From contig DTSZ01000001.1 of NCBI GenBank assembly GCA_012965045.1, positions 684,024 to 748,023 of the forward strand: a stretch of 64,000 nt of DNA. The letters run 5' to 3'. Origin of the DNA: Candidatus Saccharimonadota bacterium. GTDB lineage: Bacteria > Patescibacteriota > Saccharimonadia > Saccharimonadales > DTSZ01. Shown here piece by piece: positions 1 through 9,359 of this stretch (positions are counted from its first letter, which is position 1; every line of letters begins with the position of its first letter). The notes beneath the pieces are model-generated. The model was given only the letters and a program-made list of their open reading frames with translations. It did no database searches and was not told the DNA's origin. Position numbers and translations under genes: made by a program.

Positions 1-72
1 CTGCTCGGCTACGTTAGTAGCCTGCTCATTCGTTTGAGGTGGTGTTGCTGTAGGTTTCACTTTTTCTGGCAT
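1..72 (-). CDS. 5' end of an ORF running off the window (MPEKVKPTATPPQTNEQATNVAEQ...)
   Basis: ATG at 72-70 on the minus strand, one nt after the stop of the upstream gene (TAA-T-ATG). Open to position 1. Only 24 codons are visible and no family is recognisable. Confidence 0.25.
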   Translation of the reverse strand, partial: MPEKVKPTATPPQTNEQATNVAEQ

Positions 73-73
73 A

Positions 74-712
74 TTAATTGTCTCTTTCCGCGTTTGCTTG
101 GCTAGCTAAATCATTTTTTATTTGCTCTAGTAGTGGTCGGAGCTGATTAGTAACGTTTTCGCTGATTGCTTCAGCATCGGCTTTAGCTTGATCAAGCGAT
201 TGTTTAGCTTGATCAATGGCTTGCCGCAGCTGACTGTCACCAGAACAGGCTGTATTTGCAGCATTTTGTACGTTGGCGACATAGGTTTGATAGCTAGATT
301 TGAAATCGCTAACCAGTGAGCTTACGTCTACAATTGCTAAGCGTAAGTTTTCTGTTGCTATGTTGTTATTTTCGAGTCGGAGGGCAAGCGTATTTAATTT
401 ATTAACAATGTTCTGATATTTATCTTCCCTGTTGTCAGCCCGAACTTCTATTCTCTCTAAATGAGCTTCTAGCCGTTGTTTTACTGCCTCACAACGAGTT
501 TGCAATCGCTCTTCTACGGCTGCTGCACGCTCTTGTTGGTTTACTTCTAATTGGTTTATTTCGTCAGACTCCTGCGCCTGAACCGTGTTGGTGTTTTGCA
601 GTGTACTTGTTTCGTTCTGTGTTTGAGCAGTAGCCGGTCCAACAAACAAAATGGTCGCTACTAAACTTGTCCCCAAACCGAGTGCTGCCATAGATACTAA
701 TGTGTGTTTCAT
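74..712 (-). CDS. secreted coiled-coil-like hypothetical protein
   Basis: 212-aa ORF. Signal-peptide-like N-terminus (MKHTLVSMAALGLGTSLVATILFVGPATAQ), then Q/E/A/N-rich heptad-like sequence. No family recognised. Confidence 0.6.
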   Translation of the reverse strand: MKHTLVSMAALGLGTSLVATILFVGPATAQTQNETSTLQNTNTVQAQESDEINQLEVNQQERAAAVEERLQTRCEAVKQRLEAHLERIEVRADNREDKYQNIVNKLNTLALRLENNNIATENLRLAIVDVSSLVSDFKSSYQTYVANVQNAANTACSGDSQLRQAIDQAKQSLDQAKADAEAISENVTNQLRPLLEQIKNDLASQANAERDN

Positions 713-732
713 ATAATTTAAACTATAGCATT

Positions 733-1527
733 TTATGCACTATATCGCTGGCCTGATTTTTGGATCAGTTGGTCTTTTTGAAGATCGACGAGCACTTGGT
801 CAATTCGATCGTCATTAACGCGTTGCTTGAGCTGTTGGTAGGTCATTGACGAAGTTATTAATTGCTTGAGAACTCTAGACCGTACTTGCCTAAGCGAGCC
901 TTCAAATTGAGATTGTTTTGCATAGTGCTTACTGTTTCTACTTGGGTTCGGATGCAGTTTTTTTAAAAAAGCACCATAATCCATTAGCGCCCAATAAAAC
1001 TGGCGAGGATTTTTTTCATCAAGAGTAGCTTTTATGTGCGGCATGAGGTGTGCGTCAGATATATTAGTCTGTCCAGAAAAAAAATGATGCAAATAGACAG
1101 TACGGATGTTGGTTTCTATGTATACCACCGGGGCATTAAAAACATATGCACACATTGCCCCGGCCGTATTTTTACCAACGCCTGGCAACTGCGTAAGCTT
1201 CTTTTGGTCGTTTGGTATTTGATAGTTCCATTCATGCACAATATGTTGAGCTGCTTGATGTAAATAGCGAGCCCGACGGTTATAACCTAGCCCTTGCCAT
1301 GCCCGTAATACGTTGGCTTGCGGCGCTTCGGCAAGCGTTTTAAAGTCCGGAAAGAGTGTCGTAAATTCTATAAATTTTGGAATCACGCGCGGCACCTGAG
1401 TTTGTTGTAGCATTAGCTCACTGACTGTGATAGCATACATACTTGTGTCAGACCGCCACGGCATGTCATTTCTGCCGTGCTCCTCGTAAAAGCTCCACAA
1501 AGTTTTGAGAAAGAGATTGTAATCCAT
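733..1527 (-). CDS. mutY: MutY-like HhH-GPD DNA glycosylase (A/G-specific adenine glycosylase family), short form without the Fe-S cysteines
   Basis: VSELMLQQTQV and LPGVGKNTAGAM helix-hairpin-helix motifs are typical of MutY/EndoIII. Start placed at ATG 1527 (MDYNLF..., aligns with MutY N-termini); GTG 1554 is also possible. No 4-Cys cluster loop and no NUDIX-like C-terminal domain are visible. Confidence 0.75.
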   Translation of the reverse strand: MDYNLFLKTLWSFYEEHGRNDMPWRSDTSMYAITVSELMLQQTQVPRVIPKFIEFTTLFPDFKTLAEAPQANVLRAWQGLGYNRRARYLHQAAQHIVHEWNYQIPNDQKKLTQLPGVGKNTAGAMCAYVFNAPVVYIETNIRTVYLHHFFSGQTNISDAHLMPHIKATLDEKNPRQFYWALMDYGAFLKKLHPNPSRNSKHYAKQSQFEGSLRQVRSRVLKQLITSSMTYQQLKQRVNDDRIDQVLVDLQKDQLIQKSGQRYSA

Positions 1528-1595
1528 ATCAGGTTTACAGTATATCGGTCGCACTTTTTTTATCTAAACGAAAATAACTTAGGAGAATAAAATCA

Positions 1596-1787
1596 ATGAG
1601 TAAACAAGGCGTAAATAAGCGTAATGTCCGCAAACTAGGAACTATAGGCAACGCTAGTCAGCCTTCTTTTTATGTAACATTACCAATTGATTTTATCCGA
1701 GCATTAGGATGGAATTCTTCACAAGAAGTTAAAATTAGAAAACACGGCAACAAACTTATAATCGAAGACCCTAACAAAAAAGCTTAG
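1596..1787 (+). CDS. small AbrB/SpoVT-type DNA-binding protein (antitoxin-like)
   Basis: 63 aa, with an AGGAG Shine-Dalgarno about 10 nt upstream. VTLPIDFIRALGW...KIRKHGNKLIIE resembles the swapped-hairpin SpoVT/AbrB fold. No partner toxin is adjacent. Confidence 0.45.
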   Translation: MSKQGVNKRNVRKLGTIGNASQPSFYVTLPIDFIRALGWNSSQEVKIRKHGNKLIIEDPNKKA

Positions 1788-2359
1788 TTTCTGTCTATAA
1801 ACATACCTTCAAGAATATGAGCGTCCGGAGCTGGGTCACCATCATCCGGTTCTATTGTTAGAACGTACTGAGTAAAGTCAGTTAAATCTTCGTCAGACAT
1901 AAAGTAGTTCAACCACACATCATCTGTTTGCTCGAGTTCACCAGTGCTAATAAATTTAAATGGTTCTTTGCGCACAATCCAGCCTTCGTAAAACTCGCCA
2001 TTTGTTGGTTCAGGCAAGCCTGACATTTCAACATTAAGTAAATATTTTCCGTCTTCAAAAGTAGCCAAAGCGGTGCCGCTAGCTTCGCCATTCGTATCCA
2101 CACTCCGCGCAGCACCCTCGGTTACATCGACTAAGCCTGCTTGAAACTGATACTCGGCGTTTGCAAATAATGACTGTTCGACTGCTAACTGACTGGCTTC
2201 GTCAGGTGCGCCTTGCATTAAGTCGCTTAATGATTCATCTTGGCTTGTTTGATCAGTTTGACTTGCTGTCTCAGTTGTATCATCACCACCGAGCACTGCC
2301 CAGCCAACTAAAGCCACTACAGCTAGTGCAATAGCCGCACTTACTATTTTCTTATTCAT
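1784..2359 (-). CDS. membrane-anchored extracytoplasmic protein, anti-sigma-K (RskA) C-terminal-domain-like
   Basis: Start moved to ATG 2359 (MNKKIVSAAIALAVVALVGWAVLGG is a TM anchor). The C-terminal FYEGWIVRK...YVLTIEPDDGDPAPDAHILEG resembles the RskA-type extracellular domain. Confidence 0.45.
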   Translation of the reverse strand: MNKKIVSAAIALAVVALVGWAVLGGDDTTETASQTDQTSQDESLSDLMQGAPDEASQLAVEQSLFANAEYQFQAGLVDVTEGAARSVDTNGEASGTALATFEDGKYLLNVEMSGLPEPTNGEFYEGWIVRKEPFKFISTGELEQTDDVWLNYFMSDEDLTDFTQYVLTIEPDDGDPAPDAHILEGMFIDRN

Positions 2360-2384
2360 AATTCTCGCTCCATTAGTGCTTACA

Positions 2385-2927
2385 TTAAAACATAAGTTCA
2401 ATAACTTGTGCGTTTTCTTGCCGAGGCAAATCAAACCAGCCTTCAATTTTGTTTTTGTCTTTTTCAAGAGCCCGTAACATTTTGCCAAAGCCGTTATGAC
2501 TTACTGCAATGACTTCCGGTAGCTGCAGATCTTCAAGATATTTAATAAACGCGAGGCAGCGGTTTTTTAAATCTTCTGCTGGCTCAAAATCAGCTTCAAT
2601 ACTGCGCGGATCGTTGTCCAGTATCTGTAAGTATCGTTGTTTATCAGTTAGTTCCCACTTGCCTAAATACCGTTCAATACATAAGTCGCTCGTAATTATA
2701 GAGCTAGGATTTTGTTGAGTGTAGGGTGCGATTATTGTGGCGGTTTCAAGTGCCCGACTTAGCGCACTGCTAACGATTTGCACGCCACTTAGTTGCGCGG
2801 CGATCCTCTCACCGGTTGCATGAGCCTGGGCTTTGCCTGTATCGCTCAACGGCGAGTCATGTTGTCCAGCAACCACTAAATCGCGGTTGGCTATGCTTTC
2901 GCCATGGCGTATCAGGTATATTTTCAT
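2385..2927 (-). CDS. histidine phosphatase family protein (phosphoglycerate mutase-like)
   Basis: N-terminal catalytic motif LIRHGES; 180 aa is typical of the family. Confidence 0.8.
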   Translation of the reverse strand: MKIYLIRHGESIANRDLVVAGQHDSPLSDTGKAQAHATGERIAAQLSGVQIVSSALSRALETATIIAPYTQQNPSSIITSDLCIERYLGKWELTDKQRYLQILDNDPRSIEADFEPAEDLKNRCLAFIKYLEDLQLPEVIAVSHNGFGKMLRALEKDKNKIEGWFDLPRQENAQVIELMF

Positions 2928-2949
2928 CGACTACTCATTGTTACTACAA

Positions 2950-3699
2950 TCATGACTTGCTTTCTTTATTCTGCCAATCAACCGCACTCAAGAACGGTTC
3001 AAATAGATCTTCTTCTGGTGATAGCATGCATTCTTTAAGTTCAGCGTGGGTTGGATCTTGATCAGTGAATTCTACAAAATTAGCATCTTCGATGATAGCC
3101 AGCGGTGTTTGTTCCGAGCCTTCACCCATCACTACTACTCCCGCTGCCGCTAAGCCGCCGGCAATGCTAGAATGACTAACCTGCATTTTTTTGCCAAAAA
3201 TGTCGGGTGTGCCGACGTAATTTTTTAAGGCTTTAAATCCGCTAAATGCTAAATATATGCCTGTTGTACCCCGTCGTAGTGGCGTACAACTACTGTCAAC
3301 AATAAGCACTCCACAATTGTTAACGGCATAGTGATCTTGAAGAAAACTACGGAGACGATTTGCAGTAGCTTGAACCTGTTTTGGCCACAATACATATACG
3401 CCATCGGCATTAGACTCATCAATCCCCGCCGAAGCAATGAGAGTGTTATTTTTTATTGTAAACCGGTGACCATATTTACTGCTTTCACGCGGTAAGTATT
3501 TGTCGGCTTCGAGTCTAACTAATTCTTCTTTATCAATTTGGTCATATTCGACAATGTCAGAATCGCAAAGCGAAACTATCTTAGAAGTAACTACTAACAC
3601 TGAATTTTCGCCCAATTGAGGTACTGCTGCAGCTACCACGTCTTCTAGGTTCTGTTGGCCAGCTTGCAACCGATCTGTTTTTACTGCGGTTATTTTCAC
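2950..3699 (-). CDS. CofE-like F420-0:gamma-glutamyl ligase family protein
   Basis: VLVVTSKIVS, AGIDESNADG and VLIVDSSCTPLRRG motifs are characteristic of the CofE/FbiB N-terminal family. Confidence 0.7.
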   Translation of the reverse strand: MKITAVKTDRLQAGQQNLEDVVAAAVPQLGENSVLVVTSKIVSLCDSDIVEYDQIDKEELVRLEADKYLPRESSKYGHRFTIKNNTLIASAGIDESNADGVYVLWPKQVQATANRLRSFLQDHYAVNNCGVLIVDSSCTPLRRGTTGIYLAFSGFKALKNYVGTPDIFGKKMQVSHSSIAGGLAAAGVVVMGEGSEQTPLAIIEDANFVEFTDQDPTHAELKECMLSPEEDLFEPFLSAVDWQNKESKS

Positions 3700-3745
3700 T
3701 CGCTACCTTACCGTTAATTTTCTACTGATTGGACTGAACAGCCCA

Positions 3746-5050
3746 TTACGGCGTAAGTCGATTGATGTCGCGCGGGAATAAGGTGGCTTCTTTAACGTTC
3801 TCAAGGCCTAAAATTAACTGTACAAATCTATCAATACCAAAGCCAAATCCGCCGTGCGGCGGTAAGCCATACTTAAAGGCTTGCAGGTAATACTTAAAGC
3901 CTGGATCTTCTGGATCAACGCCAGACTCTTTCATTTGTCCTACCAATACGTCGTAGCGATGCTCTCGTTGTGGCACAGTAGCGATTTCTACGCCCCTAAA
4001 CAATAGGTCGCCAGATCGCGCAGTACCGTCGTCGTTACGCATATGATAAAACTTTGACTTGCTGACCGGCAGATTAGTGGCAAACACCGCTTCACAGCCA
4101 TGTTGCTTCTTGGCATACTCACAAATCCAACGCTCTTCGGCTGGGGTTAAGTCGACTTCCTTACTGACATCAATGCCGGTCTCTTTCTGATACAGTTCAT
4201 GAATTTCTTGCATAGTAAAACGCGGGAAGCTATCGGTTAGAACCAATTCAGGTGCTCGTAAAGACTTTAGTTGATCGGCATTTTCGCTGTACAGCTTCCG
4301 CAATACATCACCAACAAATTTTTCTGTAAGCTTAAAAACATCGTCATGATCTTTGACAAAGCCCCATTCCATATCAAGCATCATTAACTCTGACATATGT
4401 CGACTTGTAGCGCTTGGTTCAGCTCGGTAGGCAGAGCCAATCTCGAACACTCGTTCAAATACGCCAACCATCATCTGTTTATACAACTGTGGGCTCTGTG
4501 CTAGCGTTGCCTCTTTCCCAAAGTAATCAAGTTTAAATACAGTCGCGCCACCTTCGGCATCTCCAGCAATCAATTTTGGAGTTTGAATTTCAGTAAATCC
4601 ATTGCTGCGGCACCATTCCCGAATAAGCTGCAGCACATCAGCACGGATTTTAAAAACAGTTTGCTCTAATGTGTTGCGCAAACCTATTGCCCGATATTCA
4701 AATAGTGTGTCGAGGTTGTCGGGTTTGTGACTAAGCGGTTTATCGATTTCAATCGGCGGTTCATCCTCAACTGCAACCATAACTTCTAAAGTTGGGTTGT
4801 GAATTTCTGCCCCATTCGGAGCACGCTCATCTGCCTCACATAAACCTTCAACTTTTAGAATTGAGCCTATTTGCATACCGCGCAACTTCTCCATTTCTTG
4901 CTCACTCTTTACTAAAACTTGAGCAACGCCACCACGGTCGCGAATTAATAAAAAGTTCAATCCGCCGAGTTTTCGTTTTTTATGCAACCAGCCGTGCAAG
5001 CTTACCTTTTTATCAACATGTTCTTTTAATTCGTTAGTAATTACTCTCAT
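3746..5050 (-). CDS. aspS: aspartate--tRNA ligase, short archaeal-type class IIb (AsnRS not excluded)
   Basis: OB-fold N-terminus and class II motif 3 (GGFGFGIDRFV...FPRD), about 434 aa. Start set at ATG 5050, preceded by AGAGGAAAT; the track start at 5101 is probably an upstream extension. Confidence 0.8.
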   Translation of the reverse strand: MRVITNELKEHVDKKVSLHGWLHKKRKLGGLNFLLIRDRGGVAQVLVKSEQEMEKLRGMQIGSILKVEGLCEADERAPNGAEIHNPTLEVMVAVEDEPPIEIDKPLSHKPDNLDTLFEYRAIGLRNTLEQTVFKIRADVLQLIREWCRSNGFTEIQTPKLIAGDAEGGATVFKLDYFGKEATLAQSPQLYKQMMVGVFERVFEIGSAYRAEPSATSRHMSELMMLDMEWGFVKDHDDVFKLTEKFVGDVLRKLYSENADQLKSLRAPELVLTDSFPRFTMQEIHELYQKETGIDVSKEVDLTPAEERWICEYAKKQHGCEAVFATNLPVSKSKFYHMRNDDGTARSGDLLFRGVEIATVPQREHRYDVLVGQMKESGVDPEDPGFKYYLQAFKYGLPPHGGFGFGIDRFVQLILGLENVKEATLFPRDINRLTP

Positions 5051-5092
5051 TATTTCCTCTGTATGCTCAATATTACGTTTCGTATTAATAAA

Positions 5093-5128
5093 TAGCTGCA
5101 AAACCCCCAGGCGGGAACGTTGCAGCTA
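5093..5128 (-). terminator. hairpin between the small membrane gene and aspS (possible terminator or leader structure)
   Basis: Perfect 9-bp stem TAGCTGCAA/TTGCAGCTA (5093-5101 / 5120-5128) with an 18-nt G/C-rich loop. On the minus strand it is followed by TTTATTAAT. Confidence 0.3.
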
Positions 5129-5201
5129 CATATTTGAATTACGATTAAATCTCATTGCAAACCAGTATGAAGCTTCTTGAGGTGAAAGGCAAAGTTAATA
5201 C

Positions 5202-5474
5202 TTACAGCACCATGCCCTTTACTGCTACGTAAAACAGACAGACGCACAAAGGCACATACTTATACCTACTGTTCACCTTGCCTTTTGTCAGTAAAATACT
5301 CGTTACGATGCTCACAAGTAACAACCAAGGTCCAAGCAATAAGGAATAGGCAGCTAAATATCCAGCGTTGTCTGAGTCCTTGAGTTGACTAAAAACCAAA
5401 GACAAAATTATGCAGCCAGCCCACAAATAAAACAGATTCAACAGAACATATTTAATTGTTTTCCTAACTGCCAC
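5202..5474 (-). CDS. small integral membrane protein
   Basis: 90 aa with three hydrophobic segments. Abuts the stop of the upstream SPFH gene (5475), so it is probably co-transcribed. Confidence 0.5.
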   Translation of the reverse strand: MAVRKTIKYVLLNLFYLWAGCIILSLVFSQLKDSDNAGYLAAYSLLLGPWLLLVSIVTSILLTKGKVNSRYKYVPLCVCLFYVAVKGMVL

Positions 5475-6257
5475 TTAGTTCCCAAGCGGTATATTAAAGA
5501 CCGTTCCATTACCCAAATATGTTGGTAGTTGACCGTTCCATTTTTCTATGGCTTGTTTTTGTAAGAATAGTGGACTAAGGGTTTGGGCTTGCGCCTGTTG
5601 AGCTTCAGCATCGGTACGAGCGGCTTCCAGATTAAATTTTGCTCGTTGTGCATTTTGTTCTGCAATCTGTTTATCTTCAATGGCCTGAGTAAATGCCGGA
5701 GAAAAAGTAAAGTCGACGATCGATATATCATCAACAACTATGCCAAAGACATCGAGTCGATCCTTAAGGAGTTCAAACGTCTCAGCCTTAACCTGTGCGC
5801 GTTGTGTAATAAGCTCTTGAGCAGAAAATTTGGCACTCGCAGCTTTAAATACTTCTTGTAAGGCGGGCTCAATAAGCTTGTCTTGGTAATTCACGCCTAT
5901 GGTTTGATGAATCTCTTTAATTTTGTCAGCTTGCAAACGATAGTTAAGCGTTAGTGTTGTGGATACATCTTGTAAGTCTTTTGAAGCACTCGCTGCATCT
6001 TCGGTTTGTTTTTGTATTTTAATATCGTAAATACTAGCTTGTTCAATCCCGAATGGTAAAACCAAATGTATTCCTTCGCCCAACTCGCGGCCTGTTACTT
6101 TGCCAAATCTTGTGACCACTCCGACCTCACCGGTGCCAACCACGCGGACTGATGTGAGTAAAATCAGGATAAATCCTGCAATCAATACTCCTGCAATCCC
6201 AATTTTTTGCACCATTTTAAACTGCGCTAAATTAGGCTTTGTTACCCTTCGCACCAT
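5475..6257 (-). CDS. SPFH/band 7 (prohibitin/HflC-like) membrane protein
   Basis: N-terminal TM anchor, then VVTRFGKV...GIHLVLPF and a coiled-coil A/Q-rich tail typical of the SPFH domain. Confidence 0.85.
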   Translation of the reverse strand: MVRRVTKPNLAQFKMVQKIGIAGVLIAGFILILLTSVRVVGTGEVGVVTRFGKVTGRELGEGIHLVLPFGIEQASIYDIKIQKQTEDAASASKDLQDVSTTLTLNYRLQADKIKEIHQTIGVNYQDKLIEPALQEVFKAASAKFSAQELITQRAQVKAETFELLKDRLDVFGIVVDDISIVDFTFSPAFTQAIEDKQIAEQNAQRAKFNLEAARTDAEAQQAQAQTLSPLFLQKQAIEKWNGQLPTYLGNGTVFNIPLGN

Positions 6258-6297
6258 AATAAACTCCTACTCAATTTCATTTATAGTATAGAGCAAC

Positions 6298-7305
6298 TTA
6301 CTTTAATGTTTCAGTTTTAACAGATGAATTCTTTTTGGCAACTTCACGAATATCTTCGTAGCGATCGAATTCGTCAACAATTTTTTGGCCTAAAACTTGC
6401 TCGATTATATCTTCGATACTTATTACACCAACCGTTTCGCTAAACTCGTTCACCACAATGAATAAGTGATGTTGGGTTTTATAAAATGCGTTTAACACGT
6501 GCGCTAATTTATCTTTTTCGTTCACGTATATAACGGTATCGGTCATTACATCGGCTACTTTTTTTGGTTCTTTTTGGGCAACTAAGTCACGAAGGTACAG
6601 CGTGCCAATAATATGGTCTAAATCGTCATTAAAAACTGGGAACCGAGAATGGCCTGATTCGTGTAATTCATTCATTAGTTTGATAGTTGTTTTTTCTTTC
6701 GAACCAACAGCTATAACCATGCTGCGCGGCGTCATTACATCTTCAATTTTTTTATCACCAAAGCTTAGAGCACTATCCACAATCTTTAGTTCGTCCTCGG
6801 CAATGTCGCTTTCGTCGCTTATGCTGTGTTCTTCTAAAATACGAACTAACTCGTCTTTGCTGTAAAACGTTGGTAGCTCTTCACCTAGCGTGCGGTCGAG
6901 CAGTGCTCCAAGCGGTCGGGCAATTGGTGAGAAAAACCACAGTAATCGTTCCATAAATGGTGCAATCTTTGACCCAAAACTAAGTCCATAGCGCCCGAGT
7001 ACTGCCTGTGGAACAATTTCTCCAAAAATTACAATTAGCGTCGTCGATAAAAGCACAGCCATCACCCCATTGGTTATGCTGTCTAAAATTACCGTCAATA
7101 TCGAGTTAACTAATACGTTACCTAGGATAAGTGTAACTAGTAGTTCGCTGCCCCGAGCGCGAATTGGATAAACCAGTGTTGCCTGTTGGTCGCCAAGGTC
7201 GCTTTTTCGTTTTAGTTCGTGAACATCAAGCGACAACAAGCCAAGAGTCAAGCCAGAAAATCCGGCTGAACAAGCCAATAGAAAAACTATAAGAACTATT
7301 TCCAT
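6298..7305 (-). CDS. CNNM/DUF21 transmembrane domain plus CBS-pair protein (hemolysin/CorC-like ion transport protein)
   Basis: N-terminal DUF21-type 4-TM region followed by a tandem CBS region (VEDVMTPR...). No CorC_HlyC C-terminal domain is evident. Confidence 0.8.
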   Translation of the reverse strand: MEIVLIVFLLACSAGFSGLTLGLLSLDVHELKRKSDLGDQQATLVYPIRARGSELLVTLILGNVLVNSILTVILDSITNGVMAVLLSTTLIVIFGEIVPQAVLGRYGLSFGSKIAPFMERLLWFFSPIARPLGALLDRTLGEELPTFYSKDELVRILEEHSISDESDIAEDELKIVDSALSFGDKKIEDVMTPRSMVIAVGSKEKTTIKLMNELHESGHSRFPVFNDDLDHIIGTLYLRDLVAQKEPKKVADVMTDTVIYVNEKDKLAHVLNAFYKTQHHLFIVVNEFSETVGVISIEDIIEQVLGQKIVDEFDRYEDIREVAKKNSSVKTETLK

Positions 7306-7317
7306 ATACGTTGAATT

Positions 7318-7367
7318 GAGTATAGCTTGGAAAAGCCAACAAAACCATAGGCTAAAGTGCTATACTC
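7318..7367. promoter_or_regulatory. mirrored divergent -10 boxes inside a 9-bp inverted repeat
   Basis: GAGTATAGC (7318-7326) and GCTATACTC (7359-7367) are perfect reverse complements. Each strand reads TATACT, 13 nt upstream of the CNNM ATG (7305) and 30 nt upstream of the dsbA-like ATG (7397). Confidence 0.35.
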
Positions 7368-7396
7368 GTACTGTTTAATAACGAGGTTTGGTGTAT

Positions 7397-8134
7397 ATGA
7401 AGGACAATCTATTTGGAATTATTATTGGTGTAGTAGTGGTGGCAATATTAGGGGTAGCAATCGTGGCAGGCGGCGACGACTCCAACAACATCTCTCCCGA
7501 CGGTGATGGTCAAGACATTTTAGAAATATCTGAACTCGATTACGTAAAAGGGTCAGAAAACAGCGAACTAGCGCAAGAACCAAAGGTAACAGTCTTTGAA
7601 TATGGTGACTTCCAATGTCCATTTTGCGGCATTGTGTACCCAATTATCAGTGAAGTTACTGCCGAATACGCAGACAATCCAGACGTTGCTTTCGTTTACA
7701 GGCACTTTCCTTTACCGAGCCATCAAAGTGCTATGGTAGCCCATAGAGCTGCCGAAGCAGCGGGTAGACAAGGTAAGTTTTACGAAATGCACGATATTCT
7801 GTTCGAGAACCAAACACTGTGGGCAGGAGAACCGACTTCACCAATTCCTCCAGACCAGTCTGACGACATAATCCGCGAATTAGCAGAAGAGCTTGGTTTG
7901 AATCTAGAACAATATGATGCTGACTTTGCGGATTCAAGTACTCTCACGACTATTAACCAACAGCAAAAAACCGGTGAAGAAATTGGCGTTAATTCAACCC
8001 CAACCTTCTTCATCAACCAAACTCAATTAGAGCAAGTACCGCGCACAGCTGACGAACTACGCGCAGCAATTGAAGCCGAACTAGAAAAAGTAAACTCCGC
8101 TGAAAGCAGCGGAGAAACCGAAGACCTACAGTAA
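7397..8134 (+). CDS. DsbA-family thiol:disulfide oxidoreductase, membrane-anchored
   Basis: CPFC active site in a thioredoxin-fold context (EYGDFQCPFCG) with an N-terminal TM anchor. ATG 7397 is preceded by GAGG; the track start at TTG 7388 is possible. Confidence 0.8.
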   Translation: MKDNLFGIIIGVVVVAILGVAIVAGGDDSNNISPDGDGQDILEISELDYVKGSENSELAQEPKVTVFEYGDFQCPFCGIVYPIISEVTAEYADNPDVAFVYRHFPLPSHQSAMVAHRAAEAAGRQGKFYEMHDILFENQTLWAGEPTSPIPPDQSDDIIRELAEELGLNLEQYDADFADSSTLTTINQQQKTGEEIGVNSTPTFFINQTQLEQVPRTADELRAAIEAELEKVNSAESSGETEDLQ

Positions 8135-8387
8135 CCAAATACGGTTACTGTTAGTACAGAAGTGGCAGTTTATCTAAATGAACTGGCACTTGCTGTGCTA
8201 CGGGCTTTTGCATTTTTATTTTAATGGACATGCGGGACCTCACCATTTTTGTTTAATTAAGAAAACAAGTAAAACCAATTTGGTTCACTAACGTTCCTCA
8301 CACTTTTTTAATTTTGTTTGAATATTTTTTTATTGCTCAAAAACTTATTTAATACTACTCTTTTGCTTCAGTAAGCACAAGCTTTTT

Positions 8388-9314
8388 TTATAGCCACTTA
8401 TTTTTTCTAAATATCAATATCAAAATAGACGACACAATTATTGTCGAGCTAATAACAATTACGAAAGCGCCTGGTTCGTTTTGAAACGGCAAATCAACGT
8501 TCATGCCATACAACGAGGCGATAATTGTCGGCACAGTTAATACTACAGTTAGCGACGTCAACAAACGAATAACTTGGTTTAGGTTGTTGGTAGAAATCGT
8601 CGAGTAAGCCTCGCGGATCGAAACTATTGTTTTAATATTCGATTTAGCAGACTCAATTGATTGTTCGTTGCTAAGCAACAGGTCCTCGATAAGTTCAATG
8701 TCTTCTTCGAATAATTTAATGTGACGGCCAGTCATTAAACGTTTAAGCAGCGTGTTGGTAGGTACTAGCGCCGACATAAAATCATTTAGTTCATCCTCTA
8801 TAGTCACAAAGCCAATGAAGTCTTTATTGGACACCTGTTCCACTCGTAGACGGTTTCGTACACTAATGATTTGTTTAGAAATTGCTGTTAAGTGACGTTC
8901 GTAATCGTCGACAATATGATCGATGATGTTTAGCAGGAGTTTTACTCGCTGAGTCGTATTTGCCTCTGTTGAATTCATGATTTTTTCTAATCGCGGGATT
9001 GGTCTCAGGCTTATTGTCATTATGTAGCTACCCGATATAGCAATCAGTATTGGAACTGTAACAACTTGCAGATTAGTGTCTGTCAACGGAAAGCGAGTAA
9101 ACACATAATGAATATTATCTTCAGTCTCAAAGCGTGGAACCTCATCAATATCTAATGCATCTTCAAGCATGCCTTCGTCGATTTTAAACGTGTCAGTTAG
9201 TATCTGTTGCTCTGCATCTGTCGGGTCTTCAACATAAATCCAAGAGCCCGCTTTGTGTGAATCAAGCTGCTTAAATTTTTTGCTTTTTATGGTTTTGTGC
9301 CAGTACTGAATCAT
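8388..9314 (-). CDS. corA: CorA-family magnesium/cobalt transporter
   Basis: YGMN signature (SLYGMNVDLPF) before the last TM helix; 308 aa. Confidence 0.85.
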   Translation of the reverse strand: MIQYWHKTIKSKKFKQLDSHKAGSWIYVEDPTDAEQQILTDTFKIDEGMLEDALDIDEVPRFETEDNIHYVFTRFPLTDTNLQVVTVPILIAISGSYIMTISLRPIPRLEKIMNSTEANTTQRVKLLLNIIDHIVDDYERHLTAISKQIISVRNRLRVEQVSNKDFIGFVTIEDELNDFMSALVPTNTLLKRLMTGRHIKLFEEDIELIEDLLLSNEQSIESAKSNIKTIVSIREAYSTISTNNLNQVIRLLTSLTVVLTVPTIIASLYGMNVDLPFQNEPGAFVIVISSTIIVSSILILIFRKNKWL

Positions 9315-9359
9315 CGTAGTTTAATCATACACGATTAAAAATGCCTTATACTAAGCAGT

